DNA of 64,000 nt from an uncultured Planctomycetota bacterium (GTDB taxonomy: Bacteria > Planctomycetota > Planctomycetia > Gemmatales > Gemmataceae), in contig CAWKHF010000008.1 in assembly GCA_963849325.1 (NCBI GenBank), positions 128,001-192,000 of the forward strand, in the 5' to 3' direction. The position numbers and the translations under genes were made by a program. The notes under the pieces are model-generated. The model did no database searches. It was not told the DNA's origin and was given only the letters and a program-made list of their open reading frames with translations. The stretch's first letter is position 1, and every line of letters begins with the position of its first letter. Shown here one piece after another: positions 23,665-35,448 of the stretch.

Positions 23665-24669
23665 ATGCTCGAACTGACCGCCGACAACGCCGTCGATTAC
23701 CTGCGCCAGCGTGGTTGGGTCGGCGTTGGGCCCGTGCATGTCGAGCCGTTGGGCGGCGGCGTTTCCAACGCCGTGCTGCGTGTCGAGACGCCGGATCGTC
23801 TGTTCGTACTCAAGCAATCGCGGCCGCAGCTGCGCACGCGCGACGCCTGGTTCAGTGACCTCGACCGCATTTACCGCGAGCAGGAGGTGATGCAAATGCT
23901 CGCTCCTCTCTTGCCGCCTTACACGGTCCCCGAAGTATTGTTTACCGATCGTGCCAACTACGTCTTCGTCATGGCCCACGCGCCGCGCAGGGCGCAGGTG
24001 TGGAAACAGCAATTGCTCGCCGGCGCGATCGATTTCGCTGTCGGCGAATACGCCGGGCGCATCCTCGGCCGCATTCACGAGGTCACGGCCCGCGACCCCC
24101 GACTCGTCGAGCGCTTTCGTGATCGCACCGTGTTCGTGCAGCTGCGCGTCGATCCGTTCTATCGCCGCATTCAGGAGCGCCGCCCCGAGGTCGCCGACGC
24201 CGTCGCTCCGCTGATCGACCGGCTGATGTCGGCACAAGAAGGACTGTGCCACGGCGATTACAGTCCCAAGAACATCCTCACGCATGAACACGGCTTCACC
24301 CTTGTGGATTACGAAACGGCGCACCTCGGCGACCCGACGATGGACCTGGGTTTTTGCCTGAGCCACCTGCTGCTCAAGGCGGTGAAGCGCTCGCCAGATC
24401 GGCAGCGGCATTTCGAGCTGACGCGCCGCTTCTGGCAGGGCTACGCGGCGGAAACGACATTTTTGCCACTGGCGGAATTACAGACGCGCGGCATCGAACA
24501 TTGTGCCGTTTGTCTGCTGGCGCGCATCGACGGCACCAGTCCGGTTGAGTATCTGCCGGAGGAGGACAAGCGCTCGGCGGTGCGGCGGCTGGGTTGCCGG
24601 ATACTGTGCGAACATCCGCGGCAGTGGGATGAAGTGCTGGATCTGGCCGAGGAGTTGCTTCCGGTGTAG
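23665..24669 (+). CDS. APH/methylthioribose-kinase-like phosphotransferase
   Basis: LGGGVSN, VLKQ, HGDYSPKNIL and LVDYE motifs. Confidence 0.85.
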   Translation: MLELTADNAVDYLRQRGWVGVGPVHVEPLGGGVSNAVLRVETPDRLFVLKQSRPQLRTRDAWFSDLDRIYREQEVMQMLAPLLPPYTVPEVLFTDRANYVFVMAHAPRRAQVWKQQLLAGAIDFAVGEYAGRILGRIHEVTARDPRLVERFRDRTVFVQLRVDPFYRRIQERRPEVADAVAPLIDRLMSAQEGLCHGDYSPKNILTHEHGFTLVDYETAHLGDPTMDLGFCLSHLLLKAVKRSPDRQRHFELTRRFWQGYAAETTFLPLAELQTRGIEHCAVCLLARIDGTSPVEYLPEEDKRSAVRRLGCRILCEHPRQWDEVLDLAEELLPV

Positions 24670-24763
24670 CGGATGAGTTTGACAGCGAGCGATTCAGCGC
24701 CGATGATAAGGAGTTGGCAACGGGAAAAAAACCAGTTCGATGGCGAGGGGGCAAGGGACGCCC

Positions 24764-25171
24764 ATGAGCAGCAATTGGGTGCCGAATGCGGTGTGCGATC
24801 CTGCCGAGGTGGCTCATCTGGAGAAGGAGGCGGCCAACGATCCCAGCAACGTGGGCGTTGGGGTGATCGATAAGAGAACGGGACAAGTACGGCTCTTCCT
24901 CTACGAGGAAACGAATGTCTTCAGCATGGCCAATCCTCGCCTTCTGGTAGCGGCCGGACATGAAGCCGCGGCGGCAATGGCCGGATTTCCCCTCGACCAG
25001 ACAAGAGGGTTCCTTCTCGGCAAACAAGGGAGCGACTGGCACGTTTTCAACCAATCGCACCTGAATCGACCTGACGCTCAGACCAACACCATGCGGATGG
25101 ACGGTCAGCTCTTCCACGAGATCATCTCGGCCCTCCAGGCTGCGGGGGTCTCGAATCCGGTCATCCACTGA
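24764..25171 (+). CDS. Hypothetical protein
   Basis: Clean ORF with non-shadow composition; no family recognised. Confidence 0.6.
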   Translation: MSSNWVPNAVCDPAEVAHLEKEAANDPSNVGVGVIDKRTGQVRLFLYEETNVFSMANPRLLVAAGHEAAAAMAGFPLDQTRGFLLGKQGSDWHVFNQSHLNRPDAQTNTMRMDGQLFHEIISALQAAGVSNPVIH

Positions 25172-25188
25172 CTCGTTCGGTCGCGAGG

Positions 25189-25734
25189 ATGGCAATGAAT
25201 ACGAATCAATATCAAGGTGATTTCCCGGAGGTTGAGACGGCCATCTACCGCGTGGCCCTTTCTCTGGATTCCTTCCTCTTAAATGGCATTCCCTACGGCG
25301 TGATCCAGCGAGCTGTTTTCAACGGCTTTCTGGAGAAGACAGCTCGCAACTTGCTGACAGAGTTGGCGATCTTGGAACAACAAGCACTGCATATTCCCGT
25401 TGCCGGCCAGACCAAGGTTCGAGAAGTGCTGGCGGCACTTCGGCCAAGATGTCAACAGTTAATCGACCACGTGACGGGATTGAGTTTATTTCGGACTTTC
25501 CCACTCGAACGAGTGTACTCCCTGGTTTCTCAGGTTCCGCTTCTCCGGGAAGAATGTGTGCGCTTGATTCAGGAGTTGGAATGTTCTTATCGCGTCCCGA
25601 AATCATTCTATGAGTCCCGACCCGACTATTCGACCGCCACCATAAATGATTTTCTTACGAATTTGCAATGCCTATTTGCCGAGGAGTGGGCTGCCTCGGC
25701 AGAGAAACATAAGGACGCTGCATCCCAGCTTTGA
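25189..25734 (+). CDS. Hypothetical helical protein, visibly lower GC
   Basis: Clean 181-aa ORF with GAGG upstream. Confidence 0.6.
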   Translation: MAMNTNQYQGDFPEVETAIYRVALSLDSFLLNGIPYGVIQRAVFNGFLEKTARNLLTELAILEQQALHIPVAGQTKVREVLAALRPRCQQLIDHVTGLSLFRTFPLERVYSLVSQVPLLREECVRLIQELECSYRVPKSFYESRPDYSTATINDFLTNLQCLFAEEWAASAEKHKDAASQL

Positions 25735-25739
25735 ACCGT

Positions 25740-27016
<1,277 letters not shown>

Positions 27017-27044
27017 CCGCTTGCAGCTGCCACAAGGTTCAACC

Positions 27045-27929
27045 ATGCTGCCTCGTGAAGTCCTGCGTCAGATACGCCGCCTGCAACTGAAGGCGCGCCG
27101 CGCCGTCGAGGATCTGCTCGGCGGCGAGTATCACTCCGTCTTCAAGGGCAGCGGCATCGCCTTCGAGGAGGTGCGCGAATATCAGCCCGGCGACGACATC
27201 CGCACCATCGACTGGAACGTCACCGCTCGCATGGGCCATCCCTTCATCAAGCGCTTCATCGAAGAGCGCGAGCTAACGGTGGTGCTGATGGTCGATGGCA
27301 GCGGCAGCCAGCAGTTCGGCACGCGAGCACAGCCGAAGCGCGAGGTCGCCGCCGAGCTGGCCGCCGTGCTTGCCTTCAGCGCCATCAGCAACAACGACCG
27401 CGTCGGCCTGGTGCAGTTCACCGACCGCGTCGAACACTTCCTGCCGCCGCGCAAGGGCGTCCGCCACGTCCTGCGCCTCATCCGCGACGTGCTGTTCTAT
27501 CAGCCTCAACACCGCGGCACGTCGCTGCGCGAGGGACTGGATTTCCTCAACCGCGTGCTGCATCGGCGCACCATCGTCTTTCTTTTCAGCGACTTCCTCG
27601 ACCGCCATTTCGAGTCGTCGTTCAAGCGCACCGGGCGGCGGCACGACCTGATCGCCGTGCGCATCAGCGACCCGCGCGAGGAAGAACTGCCGGCCGTGGG
27701 GCTGCTGGAGCTGGAGGATGCCGAGACGGGCGAGCGGCTGCTGCTGGACACCGGCCGCGCGGCGGTGCGCGACGCCTTCCGGGCGGCGGCCCAGCGGCGA
27801 CGGGCGGCGCTGCGACAACTGGCTCGACAGGCCGGTGTCGATCTCATCGACGTTTCGACCGGCGGCGGACATCTCGACGCTCTGATCCGCTTTTTCCGGC
27901 TGCGCGAGCGGCGCCAGAGGAGGCGCTGA
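27045..27929 (+). CDS. DUF58 (MoxR-associated, vWA-like) protein
   Basis: GEYHSVFKGSG, VREYQPGDDIRTIDWNVTAR, EEREL, DGSGS and FSDF motifs. Confidence 0.92.
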   Translation: MLPREVLRQIRRLQLKARRAVEDLLGGEYHSVFKGSGIAFEEVREYQPGDDIRTIDWNVTARMGHPFIKRFIEERELTVVLMVDGSGSQQFGTRAQPKREVAAELAAVLAFSAISNNDRVGLVQFTDRVEHFLPPRKGVRHVLRLIRDVLFYQPQHRGTSLREGLDFLNRVLHRRTIVFLFSDFLDRHFESSFKRTGRRHDLIAVRISDPREEELPAVGLLELEDAETGERLLLDTGRAAVRDAFRAAAQRRRAALRQLARQAGVDLIDVSTGGGHLDALIRFFRLRERRQRRR

Positions 27930-27977
27930 CCATGTCTCCGCCGTGCCGCGATCAACTACTTGAAGGCCGCTCGCGCA

Positions 27978-28081
27978 TTCTCCCCTCTCCCCCGCTTCGG
28001 GGGAGAGGGGTTGGGGGTGAGGGGGCGGCTCCTCCCCCTCACCCCCAACCCCTCTCCCCCGAAGCGGGGGAGAGGGGAGAA
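27978..28081. repeat. Palindromic repeat, CCCCTCTCCCCCG/CCCCCTCACCCC family
   Basis: Nested hairpins; related copies at 33177 and 61868. Confidence 0.9.
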
Positions 28082-28082
28082 A

Positions 28083-29003
28083 ATGGGGAGCCGCGCCGCG
28101 TCCGGCCTGGCCGTGCTTCTCTTCTCCTCGCTGCTGCACGCCGACTATTCCTACCCGCCCCGGGCGCGCGGCGACACGGAAGCTCGGTTGACCGTCCGAG
28201 CGGCAGAGCGTACCGCCGTGCCGGGACTCGGCGAGGTGACGCTGAGCTTGACGGTGACAGGTCCGGCCACGCTCGAAGTCGAAGGGCCGCGCCTGAGCGA
28301 AGCCGCGACGGCGTGGAAGGAGGAACGGTCCCTCAGCACGCGGCTCGTTCAGCAAGAACGAGCGAGGTGGAGCCAGGTCATCCGCCTGAGCCAGAACAAG
28401 CCGGGGCCGGCGCCGCTGCCGGAGGTGTCGATTCGCTTTCGCGGCAGTCCCGACCGGACCTGGGAGGAGGCGACGTGGGTACACATCCTCAAGGAGCCGC
28501 GCGACGTGCCGGGACCGCCGGCGCCGCCGATCCCGCAACCGTCGTGGCTGCGCCGATGGGGACTGGTCCTCACCGCTGGATTGGCAGGACTGTTGTTGGC
28601 GGCATGGGGGGTGAAACGGTGGCGCGGCCGGACAGGGCCGCCACTGTCTCCCGAGCAATGGGCGCTGCGCCAACTGGAGCGCGCCGAGCAGAACCTGATG
28701 CCGCCGCGCGGAGACGCCGAGGTCTTCCATACGGAACTGTCGCACGTCGTTCGCCGCTACCTGGCCGAGCGCTTCGGGCTGCCGGCGCCGCGGCAAACCA
28801 CGGCGGAATTCCTCGATGCGGTTCATCACTCGTCCCCGTTGTCCGCGGAGCAGCAGGCGCTGCTGCGCGACTTGTTCGCGCGCTGCGATCTCGCCAAGTT
28901 CGCACGTCTCCACGCACCGCCGCACGAGTGTCAACGGACGGCGGACCTGGTCCGCGAGCTGTTGCAGCAAACGACGGCGGCGGGCCGCGCCGTCCAGCCG
29001 TAG
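28083..29003 (+). CDS. BatD-like membrane protein (alternative TTG start at 27960)
   Basis: Signal peptide, TM segment, ELSHVVRRYLAERF...QTTAEFL...CDLAKFA; follows DUF58. Confidence 0.7.
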   Translation: MGSRAASGLAVLLFSSLLHADYSYPPRARGDTEARLTVRAAERTAVPGLGEVTLSLTVTGPATLEVEGPRLSEAATAWKEERSLSTRLVQQERARWSQVIRLSQNKPGPAPLPEVSIRFRGSPDRTWEEATWVHILKEPRDVPGPPAPPIPQPSWLRRWGLVLTAGLAGLLLAAWGVKRWRGRTGPPLSPEQWALRQLERAEQNLMPPRGDAEVFHTELSHVVRRYLAERFGLPAPRQTTAEFLDAVHHSSPLSAEQQALLRDLFARCDLAKFARLHAPPHECQRTADLVRELLQQTTAAGRAVQP

Positions 29004-29311
29004 GCGATCGTGCCGAGGGCGGAGGCTGGCGAGAGATGCACGGCCGCGCAAGTTTTTCCCTTTGCAGAGGCAGGTCAATCTAGGGGCTGATCGACAACAG
29101 GGCCAATCTGGATAAAGTGTGGACGAGTCTGCGGTCGAAATAATTTACGGTGAATCAAGGCGATCGGAGAGGATGGGCAAAGAACAGGCCCCGGGGCGGC
29201 GTGTCATGAGTATCCGCTTCGCTTCTCCTTTTCCATTCCAGTTCCGGGCTCTCCCCCGGCCGGGCGGCCCGCCGTGCGCCCGAGGGCCGGTTTATGCAAG
29301 GAGTTTCGATT

Positions 29312-29752
29312 ATGACTCGTGGCGGTAAGATGCTCAGTGTAGTGCTGGTGGCGTTACTCGGCTTGTGGGGCTGTGCCCAGGGTCCGGCGAGTCATTCCGT
29401 CGCCCAGGCCGAACGCATTCACACGCTGGAAGTGAAGTGCTCCAAACTGGAGGACGATTATCGGTCGGTCGCCGGCGCCCGCGACCAGGCGCGCAAGCAG
29501 GTGGCGGCCCTGGAAAGCGAACGGACGCGACTGCAAAAGGAGTTGGCCGAGAAGGTGGCCATCCTCAAGGAGCGCGACGCGCTGCGCCGCCAGGTGGCGA
29601 CCCGCACCAACGAACGCGACAACCTGCAATTGCGCTGCGATCGACTCAAGAAGGGCTTGCAGAGTCTGCTGGGGCAGGACGACGCCATGCTGCCGCTGCC
29701 GCCGCCGACCTCGGCCAGCAGCACGACCCTGCCGTCCGACACGGCCTCGTGA
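29312..29752 (+). CDS. Coiled-coil putative lipoprotein
   Basis: LLGLWGC lipobox-like motif followed by heptad-rich helix. Confidence 0.7.
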   Translation: MTRGGKMLSVVLVALLGLWGCAQGPASHSVAQAERIHTLEVKCSKLEDDYRSVAGARDQARKQVAALESERTRLQKELAEKVAILKERDALRRQVATRTNERDNLQLRCDRLKKGLQSLLGQDDAMLPLPPPTSASSTTLPSDTAS

Positions 29753-29777
29753 GGACATCGGGTTTCCGCAAACCTTT

Positions 29778-29833
29778 CCGAGCCTGAAGCGTAAGCGAAG
29801 AGTGCTGTTCCTTCGCTTACGCTTCAGGCTCGG
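29778..29833. repeat. REP-like palindrome, AGCCTGAAGCGTAAGCGA family
   Basis: CCGAGCCTGAAGCGTAAGCGAAG / CTTCGCTTACGCTTCAGGCTCGG; second copy at 38221. Confidence 0.85.
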
Positions 29834-29837
29834 ATTT

Positions 29838-30977
29838 TTAGCGCACCGGCGGATCGATGACGGCCTTGCGCTTCAGGTCCGCCACAATGCCCTTCATCTC
29901 GCGCTGAAAGACGATGTTGCGCAGCTTGTCGCGGATCTCCTTCTGCACCTTGTCGTCGAACGGGATCGGCCCGGCGTAGTCGCGCTTGACCAGGCGGAGG
30001 ACGTGGAAGCCGCGCGGCCGCTCGATGAGTTGCAGGTCGCCGTCGTGCATGCCGAACAGGATCGGCTCGGCCTCGGGCGGGAAGATTTCGCCGCGTTTGC
30101 GGCCCTGGCCGTCGCCCTTGCGGAAGCGGCCGCTGGTGCCGTTGTCGAACTCGTAGGACAGCGTGGCGAAGTCCTCGCCCTGACGGACGCGGGTCAGCAG
30201 CGACTCGGCGAAGCGGCGGGCGTCGGCGCGCGAGGCGTGCTGCGTGGCGTCGATGAACAGGTCTTGCCAGTGGACGCTGTCGGGCTGGGTGAACTCGTCG
30301 GCGTGGCTGGTGTAGTAGTCGGCGATGTCGGTGTGGCCGATGCGGCTGATGTGCGGCTCGACGCGGCTGTGGATGTACTGCATGGCCATGTAATTGCGCT
30401 GCCACCAGCGCCGCATCACCTCCAGCGACATGTCGTGCTGGCGCATGAAACGACTGAATTCCTCGGTGCTCTCCACGTGGTTTTGTTTCATGATCGGCCG
30501 CAGCCAGCGCTTCTCGAAGTCCTGGTCGGCGGCCTCCCGGAGTTTCGCGATGAAGGCGGCGCCCTGCTTGCCGCCGCGCTCCAGCTTGGCCAGGGCGTCC
30601 TGCAAGAGCACTTCGCGGTCGATGAGCTGCTCCAGGGCTTGCTTGAGGATCTCCTGTTGCTCCTTGAGCGTGCGCGCGGCGTGCAGCTGCTGATAGCAGG
30701 AAGAGCGGACCTCTTCGTCGAGGATCGGTTCGCCGTTGACGACGGCGCAAATGGTGGCGGTGGGGCTGGCGTGCGACGCCTCGGCGGGCGGCTGGATCGG
30801 CAGCTCAATGAGGCAGACGGCGGCTGGATTGGCGCGAGCGGTGTCCGGCTTTTGCGAGCGAGCCACCTCGGGAGCCGCGGGCGGCAGCACCGGCAGCGCT
30901 GAGGGCCGCGCCATGCACCCGCAGGCCGTCAGAACGACCGCGACCCAGGCTCGTGCCAGCCGGCCACGCCATGTCAT
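29838..30977 (-). CDS. SurA/PrsA-like parvulin peptidyl-prolyl isomerase
   Basis: AVVNGEPI, LEQLIDREVLLQDA, GEDFATLS and GFHVLRL motifs. Confidence 0.8.
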   Translation of the reverse strand: MTWRGRLARAWVAVVLTACGCMARPSALPVLPPAAPEVARSQKPDTARANPAAVCLIELPIQPPAEASHASPTATICAVVNGEPILDEEVRSSCYQQLHAARTLKEQQEILKQALEQLIDREVLLQDALAKLERGGKQGAAFIAKLREAADQDFEKRWLRPIMKQNHVESTEEFSRFMRQHDMSLEVMRRWWQRNYMAMQYIHSRVEPHISRIGHTDIADYYTSHADEFTQPDSVHWQDLFIDATQHASRADARRFAESLLTRVRQGEDFATLSYEFDNGTSGRFRKGDGQGRKRGEIFPPEAEPILFGMHDGDLQLIERPRGFHVLRLVKRDYAGPIPFDDKVQKEIRDKLRNIVFQREMKGIVADLKRKAVIDPPVR

Positions 30978-31318
30978 TGCGTCTGTCTCCGGAGAACTCA
31001 GGACCGCGTTGTGCCGAGAGGGCGAACTATACCGCGCGCGCACTGCCGTGCAAGAGGGGTTTGCGGATGGCGGCGGAACGAGGCGGCAAGACTTGCAGGA
31101 TGTGCGGAGCGGGGGGAGGCAGGTAAGCCGGTGTGAGCCGGACAATGGGCAATCGGGGTGTTTGTCGGCCGGCCCGGCGTCCGAATCCATTGCTGGGAGA
31201 CTGGATACCAACGGCAGGACGCAACAGGAGTCGCTCCGAAGCTCTCCCCCGCAAGCCGCGGTCCTAACCGCGCCCAGTCACCGGGGAGCAAGCAGCCGAG
31301 TCAGGGAGGACCATTGGC

Positions 31319-33160
31319 ATGAGACATCGATGTCTTCGCAGTCTGGGTCTGTCACTGGGTTTGCTGGTGGCGGCCCCTGTAGCGTGGTTGACACCCGCGC
31401 TACGGGCCGAACCGCCGGCGCCAGCCATTCAACCGTGGCCGCCGGCGGCGTCGTCGTCGGCGACTACGCCGCCGACAACGCCGCCGAGCGAACTGGCCCC
31501 TATCCTCGTGAACGTACCTCAGCCGTCCGCGCCGGCGAGCACGCCGCCGGCCGTCATCGCGGAGGCGATACCGGCGGTGTCACTGGAGCGGCCGGTCGCC
31601 CTTCGGGACAAGCAGGCCGTCGTGGACGGCGAGGTCCGGCCCACGAGTTTGTTCAACCGCAACAGCGACGCCATCGCCTACAGTCCGGCGGCGGGCGTCC
31701 TCACCGCTCGGCCCCTGCCGCCCGGTCCTTCCCTGGACGTGAACAATCTTCCCTTGCCGTCCGCCACCCTATCGGCGACGCCTCCGCCGGACTGCGCCGT
31801 ATAACGGCTGGCGTCAGCCGCCAGCCGCGCCGGTATCGCCGGGCAGCCCGAGCACGACGATGGCGCCGGTGCCGGGTGTGTCGGCCGTGCCGGGGGTGAT
31901 GGCCGGGCCGGGCATCGCCGGCGCGCCTCTGGGCAATCCCGTGTGCGACGGCTGCGTCGGCGGCGGGGCCTGTAGCGTGTGCGGCCCGGACGCCTGCTGT
32001 GCGCCGGGCTGCTGTGGCGGAGCGTGTTGTGCGCCAGCGTGCTGCGATGGCTGCTGCGGCGGCAACTGGGGCGCCTTCGGCGCCGGCTGCTGCTTCGGCA
32101 ACCGCTGGTATGCCACCGCCGAGTATCTGCTGTGGTTCATTCGCGGACAGCCGCTGCCGCCGCTGGTGACCTCCGGTTCGCCCGCCGATAACCCGCCGGG
32201 CGCGATCGGTCAACCGGGCACCACCGTCCTGTTCGGCGGCAACACCATCGGCAATCCCCTGCTGTCCGGCGGTCGAGTCTTGCTCGGTTACTGGTTCAGC
32301 GACGATCACTGCCTGGGAATCGAAGTCGGCGGCTTCGGTCTGGGCACGGCCTCCAACACCTTCTCGGCCACCTCGGCGGGTTCGCCGTTTTTGGCCCGAC
32401 CGATCGTCAACGCTCTGACCGGGGCGCCGGACATCGAGGCGGTGGCCACGCCCAACGGCCTGACCGGCACCGTCTCCGCCGTCGCGCGCACGCAGCTCTG
32501 GGGCGCCCAGGCCAACCTGCGCAGCAACCTGTGCTGCGGCTGCAACTGGTTCCTCGACGGCCTGGTCGGCTATAGCTACCTCGGTCTGCACGACTCGCTG
32601 GCGATACAGGAGAACCTGGCCGTCGTCAGCTCGCAGAACGCCAACGTGCCGGCCGGAACGACGTTCCAGGTCAACGACAACTTCAGCACCCAGAACACCT
32701 TCAACGGCGGACAAATCGGCGCCGTCGCCGAGTACCGCTGGCGCCGCTGGATCTGCGACCTGCGCACGACCATCGCCTTCGGCGTGACCGACCAGTACGT
32801 GGCGATCAACGGCTCGACGTTGATCGCCACGCCGGGCGTGGGCGTGCAGTCCTACCCCGGCGGCCTGCTGGCCCAGCCGTCGAACATGGGCACCTACAAT
32901 CACTACCAGTTCGGCGTGATTCCCCAGATCGGCCTCAACATCGGCTACCAGTTCACCAACCACATCCGCGGCTTCGTGGGTTACAACTTCCTCTACTGGA
33001 GCAGCGTGGTGCGGCCGGGCAATCAGATCGATACGACCGTCAACCCCAACCAGCTGGCGCCGCCGATACCGGGCGGCCCGGCGCGGCCGGCCTTCAACGG
33101 CTTCAACGGCTCCGACTTCTGGCGCAAGGCATCACCTTCGGACTCGACTTCCGCTGGTAA
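31319..33160 (+). CDS. BBP7-like outer-membrane beta-barrel protein; frameshifts near 31800 and 33120
   Basis: Signal peptide, Pro/Cys-rich linker, AEYLLWF, LARP, NTFNGGQIG, YNFLYWSSVVRPGNQID; terminal SDFWAQGITFGLDFRW after frame correction. Confidence 0.85.
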
Positions 33161-33176
33161 CCGTCCGCTCCGAAAG

Positions 33177-33273
33177 CCCCTCTCCCCCGCTTCGGGGGAG
33201 AGGGGTAGGGGGTGAGGGGGCAGACTCCTCCCCCTCACCCCCTACCCCTCTCCCCCGAAGCGGGGGAGAGGGG
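33177..33273. repeat. Palindromic repeat, same family as 27978
   Basis: Near-identical nested hairpin. Confidence 0.9.
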
Positions 33274-33299
33274 AGAAAACGAGCGGCGCGATCCTGTCG

Positions 33300-33337
33300 G
33301 CCGCTTGCGGCTTAGCGAGGGCTAAGCCGCAAGCGGC
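33300..33337. repeat. REP-like palindrome, GCCGCTTGCGGCTTAGC family
   Basis: Matches 7311. Confidence 0.85.
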
Positions 33338-33558
33338 TTTTTCGTTTCCGTCGGCGCGACCGAATCGGCCGGCATCGTCGCTACACTCCCTGTCCCACGC
33401 GGCCTCGCTGTCTTGCATCTTCTCATTGCGACCCGGCCGCGGCGTCGATGAAACCAGCACGAAATTCAGACGCGCAGCTTGACTTGCACTCCTCCCGTTG
33501 CCCGGCGACGTTCCGGCCCTCCGGAATGGCCGGTCGTTTCCACACCTTGCAGGAGGCC

Positions 33559-35154
33559 ATGCGGACCATGTTCGATTCCCTGTTCCGATTCCTGTCTCGC
33601 CGTCGTCCCGCCGCGGCGAAGCCAAAGCGGGGTGTCGCCCCACACTTGGAAGCGCTCGAGGAGCGCTGGATGCCGTCCACCACCGACGTTTTCAACATGC
33701 CGGCCCTGCTGACCGGCAGTTACGGCGCCATGTCGAGCACCCCGACCGCCATCACCCAGACCCAGAACCCGGCGAACATGCCCGGCTACATCAACGATCC
33801 GGCCTTGCCGCCGCCCGTCGCGGTGGGGCCGGCGGTCGCGGCGCAGCAGGTCTCGGCCACCTTCGCCCCCTTCACGACCGGCGGCAGCGAGTCGGCGACG
33901 GTGCAGCAGTTCAATCCGGCGCTGGGCACGTTGACCGCTGTGGACCTCGTCGTCAACGGCACGCTGACCAGTCACGTCCAGGTCGAGAACCTCGACGGTG
34001 CTCCGAGCAACGTCAACGCCCAGGTCAACGGCAATCTGACGGTGCAGGGTCCGGGTTTCAACGCCGTGACCGTCACTCCCAGCATCAACGAGAGCACCAC
34101 GCTGTCGTCCTCCGATGGCACGCTGGACTATGGCGGCACCAGCGGCCACGACTTCGGCGCGCAGTCGGCCACGGCGACGTCGGGCAACGTGTCCGCCTCG
34201 AACCTGTCGGCCTGGATCGGCACCGGCGCGGTGACGCTGACCGAGAGCGCCCAGTCGTCCTCGACCGTGTCCGGCTCGGGCAACCAGCAGACGCACCTCA
34301 GCACGCAAGCGGGCGGCAACGTGCAGGTGGTCTACGAGTTCACCTCGAACCCGACGCCGACACCGACCCCGACCGTCACGCCGACGCCGACACCGTGCGA
34401 GACGCCGACGCCGACGCCTACTCCCACTCCCACTCCCACGCCGACGCCGACGCCGACCGTCACGCCGACGCCGACGCCCTGTGAGACGCCGACGCCCACT
34501 CCGACGCCGACGCCGACCGTTACTCCAACCCCGACACCAACCCCAACGCCGACGCCGACGCCGTGCGACTGCACCCCGCCGTCCGGCCCCGCCTCCCTGA
34601 GCGGCCTGGTGTACTTCGATGCCGGCGAGGTCGGTCATTACGTCCAGGGCGATCAGCTCCTCAGCGGCGTGACCGTGAACCTCAACGGCCTCACCATCAC
34701 GGGCCAGCAGGTGAGCTTGACGACGACGACGGCGAACGGCCTGTACTCCTTCACCAACTTGCAGCCGGGCATCTACATGCTGACGGACGTGACGCCGTTG
34801 GCGGACGATCCGGGCGCGTTGACGCTCGGTAGTCTCGGCGGCACGGTGACGGGCAGCCAGATGATCGTGGCGGTGCCGCAGGGCGGCAACGGCATGGGTT
34901 ACGACTTCGGCGTGGATCCGATGTGTCAGACGCCCACGCCGACGCCCACGCCGACGCCGACGCCGACGCCGACACCTACCCCGACGCCGACGCCGACCGT
35001 CACGCCCACTCCGACCCCGACGCCGACGCCGACCCCGACGCCGACACCTACCCCGACGCCGACGCCGACACCGACGCCGACGCCGTTCGATCCGTTCATC
35101 CCGACGCCGAGCAAGCGGTTCCTCATTGGGAACGGCTGGCAGTCGCTGGGATGA
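33559..35154 (+). CDS. Secreted/surface protein: LEPR-XLL-type N-terminus, choice-of-anchor-E-like domain, Pro-Thr linkers, SdrD/Cna-B-like domain
   Basis: [33 protein letters not shown]...LSGVTVNL...[13 protein letters not shown]; two (PT)n tracts. Confidence 0.85.
   Translation: MRTMFDSLFRFLSRRRPAAAKPKRGVAPHLEALEERWMPSTTDVFNMPALLTGSYGAMSSTPTAITQTQNPANMPGYINDPALPPPVAVGPAVAAQQVSATFAPFTTGGSESATVQQFNPALGTLTAVDLVVNGTLTSHVQVENLDGAPSNVNAQVNGNLTVQGPGFNAVTVTPSINESTTLSSSDGTLDYGGTSGHDFGAQSATATSGNVSASNLSAWIGTGAVTLTESAQSSSTVSGSGNQQTHLSTQAGGNVQVVYEFTSNPTPTPTPTVTPTPTPCETPTPTPTPTPTPTPTPTPTVTPTPTPCETPTPTPTPTPTVTPTPTPTPTPTPTPCDCTPPSGPASLSGLVYFDAGEVGHYVQGDQLLSGVTVNLNGLTITGQQVSLTTTTANGLYSFTNLQPGIYMLTDVTPLADDPGALTLGSLGGTVTGSQMIVAVPQGGNGMGYDFGVDPMCQTPTPTPTPTPTPTPTPTPTPTPTVTPTPTPTPTPTPTPTPTPTPTPTPTPTPFDPFIPTPSKRFLIGNGWQSLG
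34351..34563 (+). repeat. Coding Pro-Thr tandem repeat tract 1
   Basis: (CCGACG)n with [12 protein letters not shown] variants. Confidence 0.95.
34930..35085 (+). repeat. Coding Pro-Thr tandem repeat tract 2
   Basis: (ACGCCG)n. Confidence 0.95.
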
Positions 35155-35189
35155 TCGCTCGGTAGCTGTCCGCGGCAACTGTCTCCCGA

Positions 35190-35245
35190 CAAGCCGCGAG
35201 CGTCCGCGAGCGGGGCCAACACCGCTCGCGGACGCTCGCGGCTTG
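35190..35245. repeat. REP-like palindrome
   Basis: CAAGCCGCGAGCGTCCGCGAGCGG / CCGCTCGCGGACGCTCGCGGCTTG. Confidence 0.85.
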
Positions 35246-35448
35246 TGTCTTCCTCGGAGTCGAACGGATCGGACGGCCAGTCGACGTGTAGGGGCTATTC
35301 GGTTCGCCGCCTCGTTCGCCGTCGCATTTCGGCCGCGCCGGCTGGGGAGGACGGCGACGGAGGGCCGAAGAGAAGACGTGACGACGGATCGACCCGTGCC
35401 AGGAAGCACCCCGACGTTGAGGAGCCTCAAGGAAGAGAGGGTGAGACC

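Noticed and set aside
34351-35085. Tandem repeats as a CRISPR array
   Set aside because: Hexamer coding repeats for Pro-Thr; no unique spacers and no cas genes.
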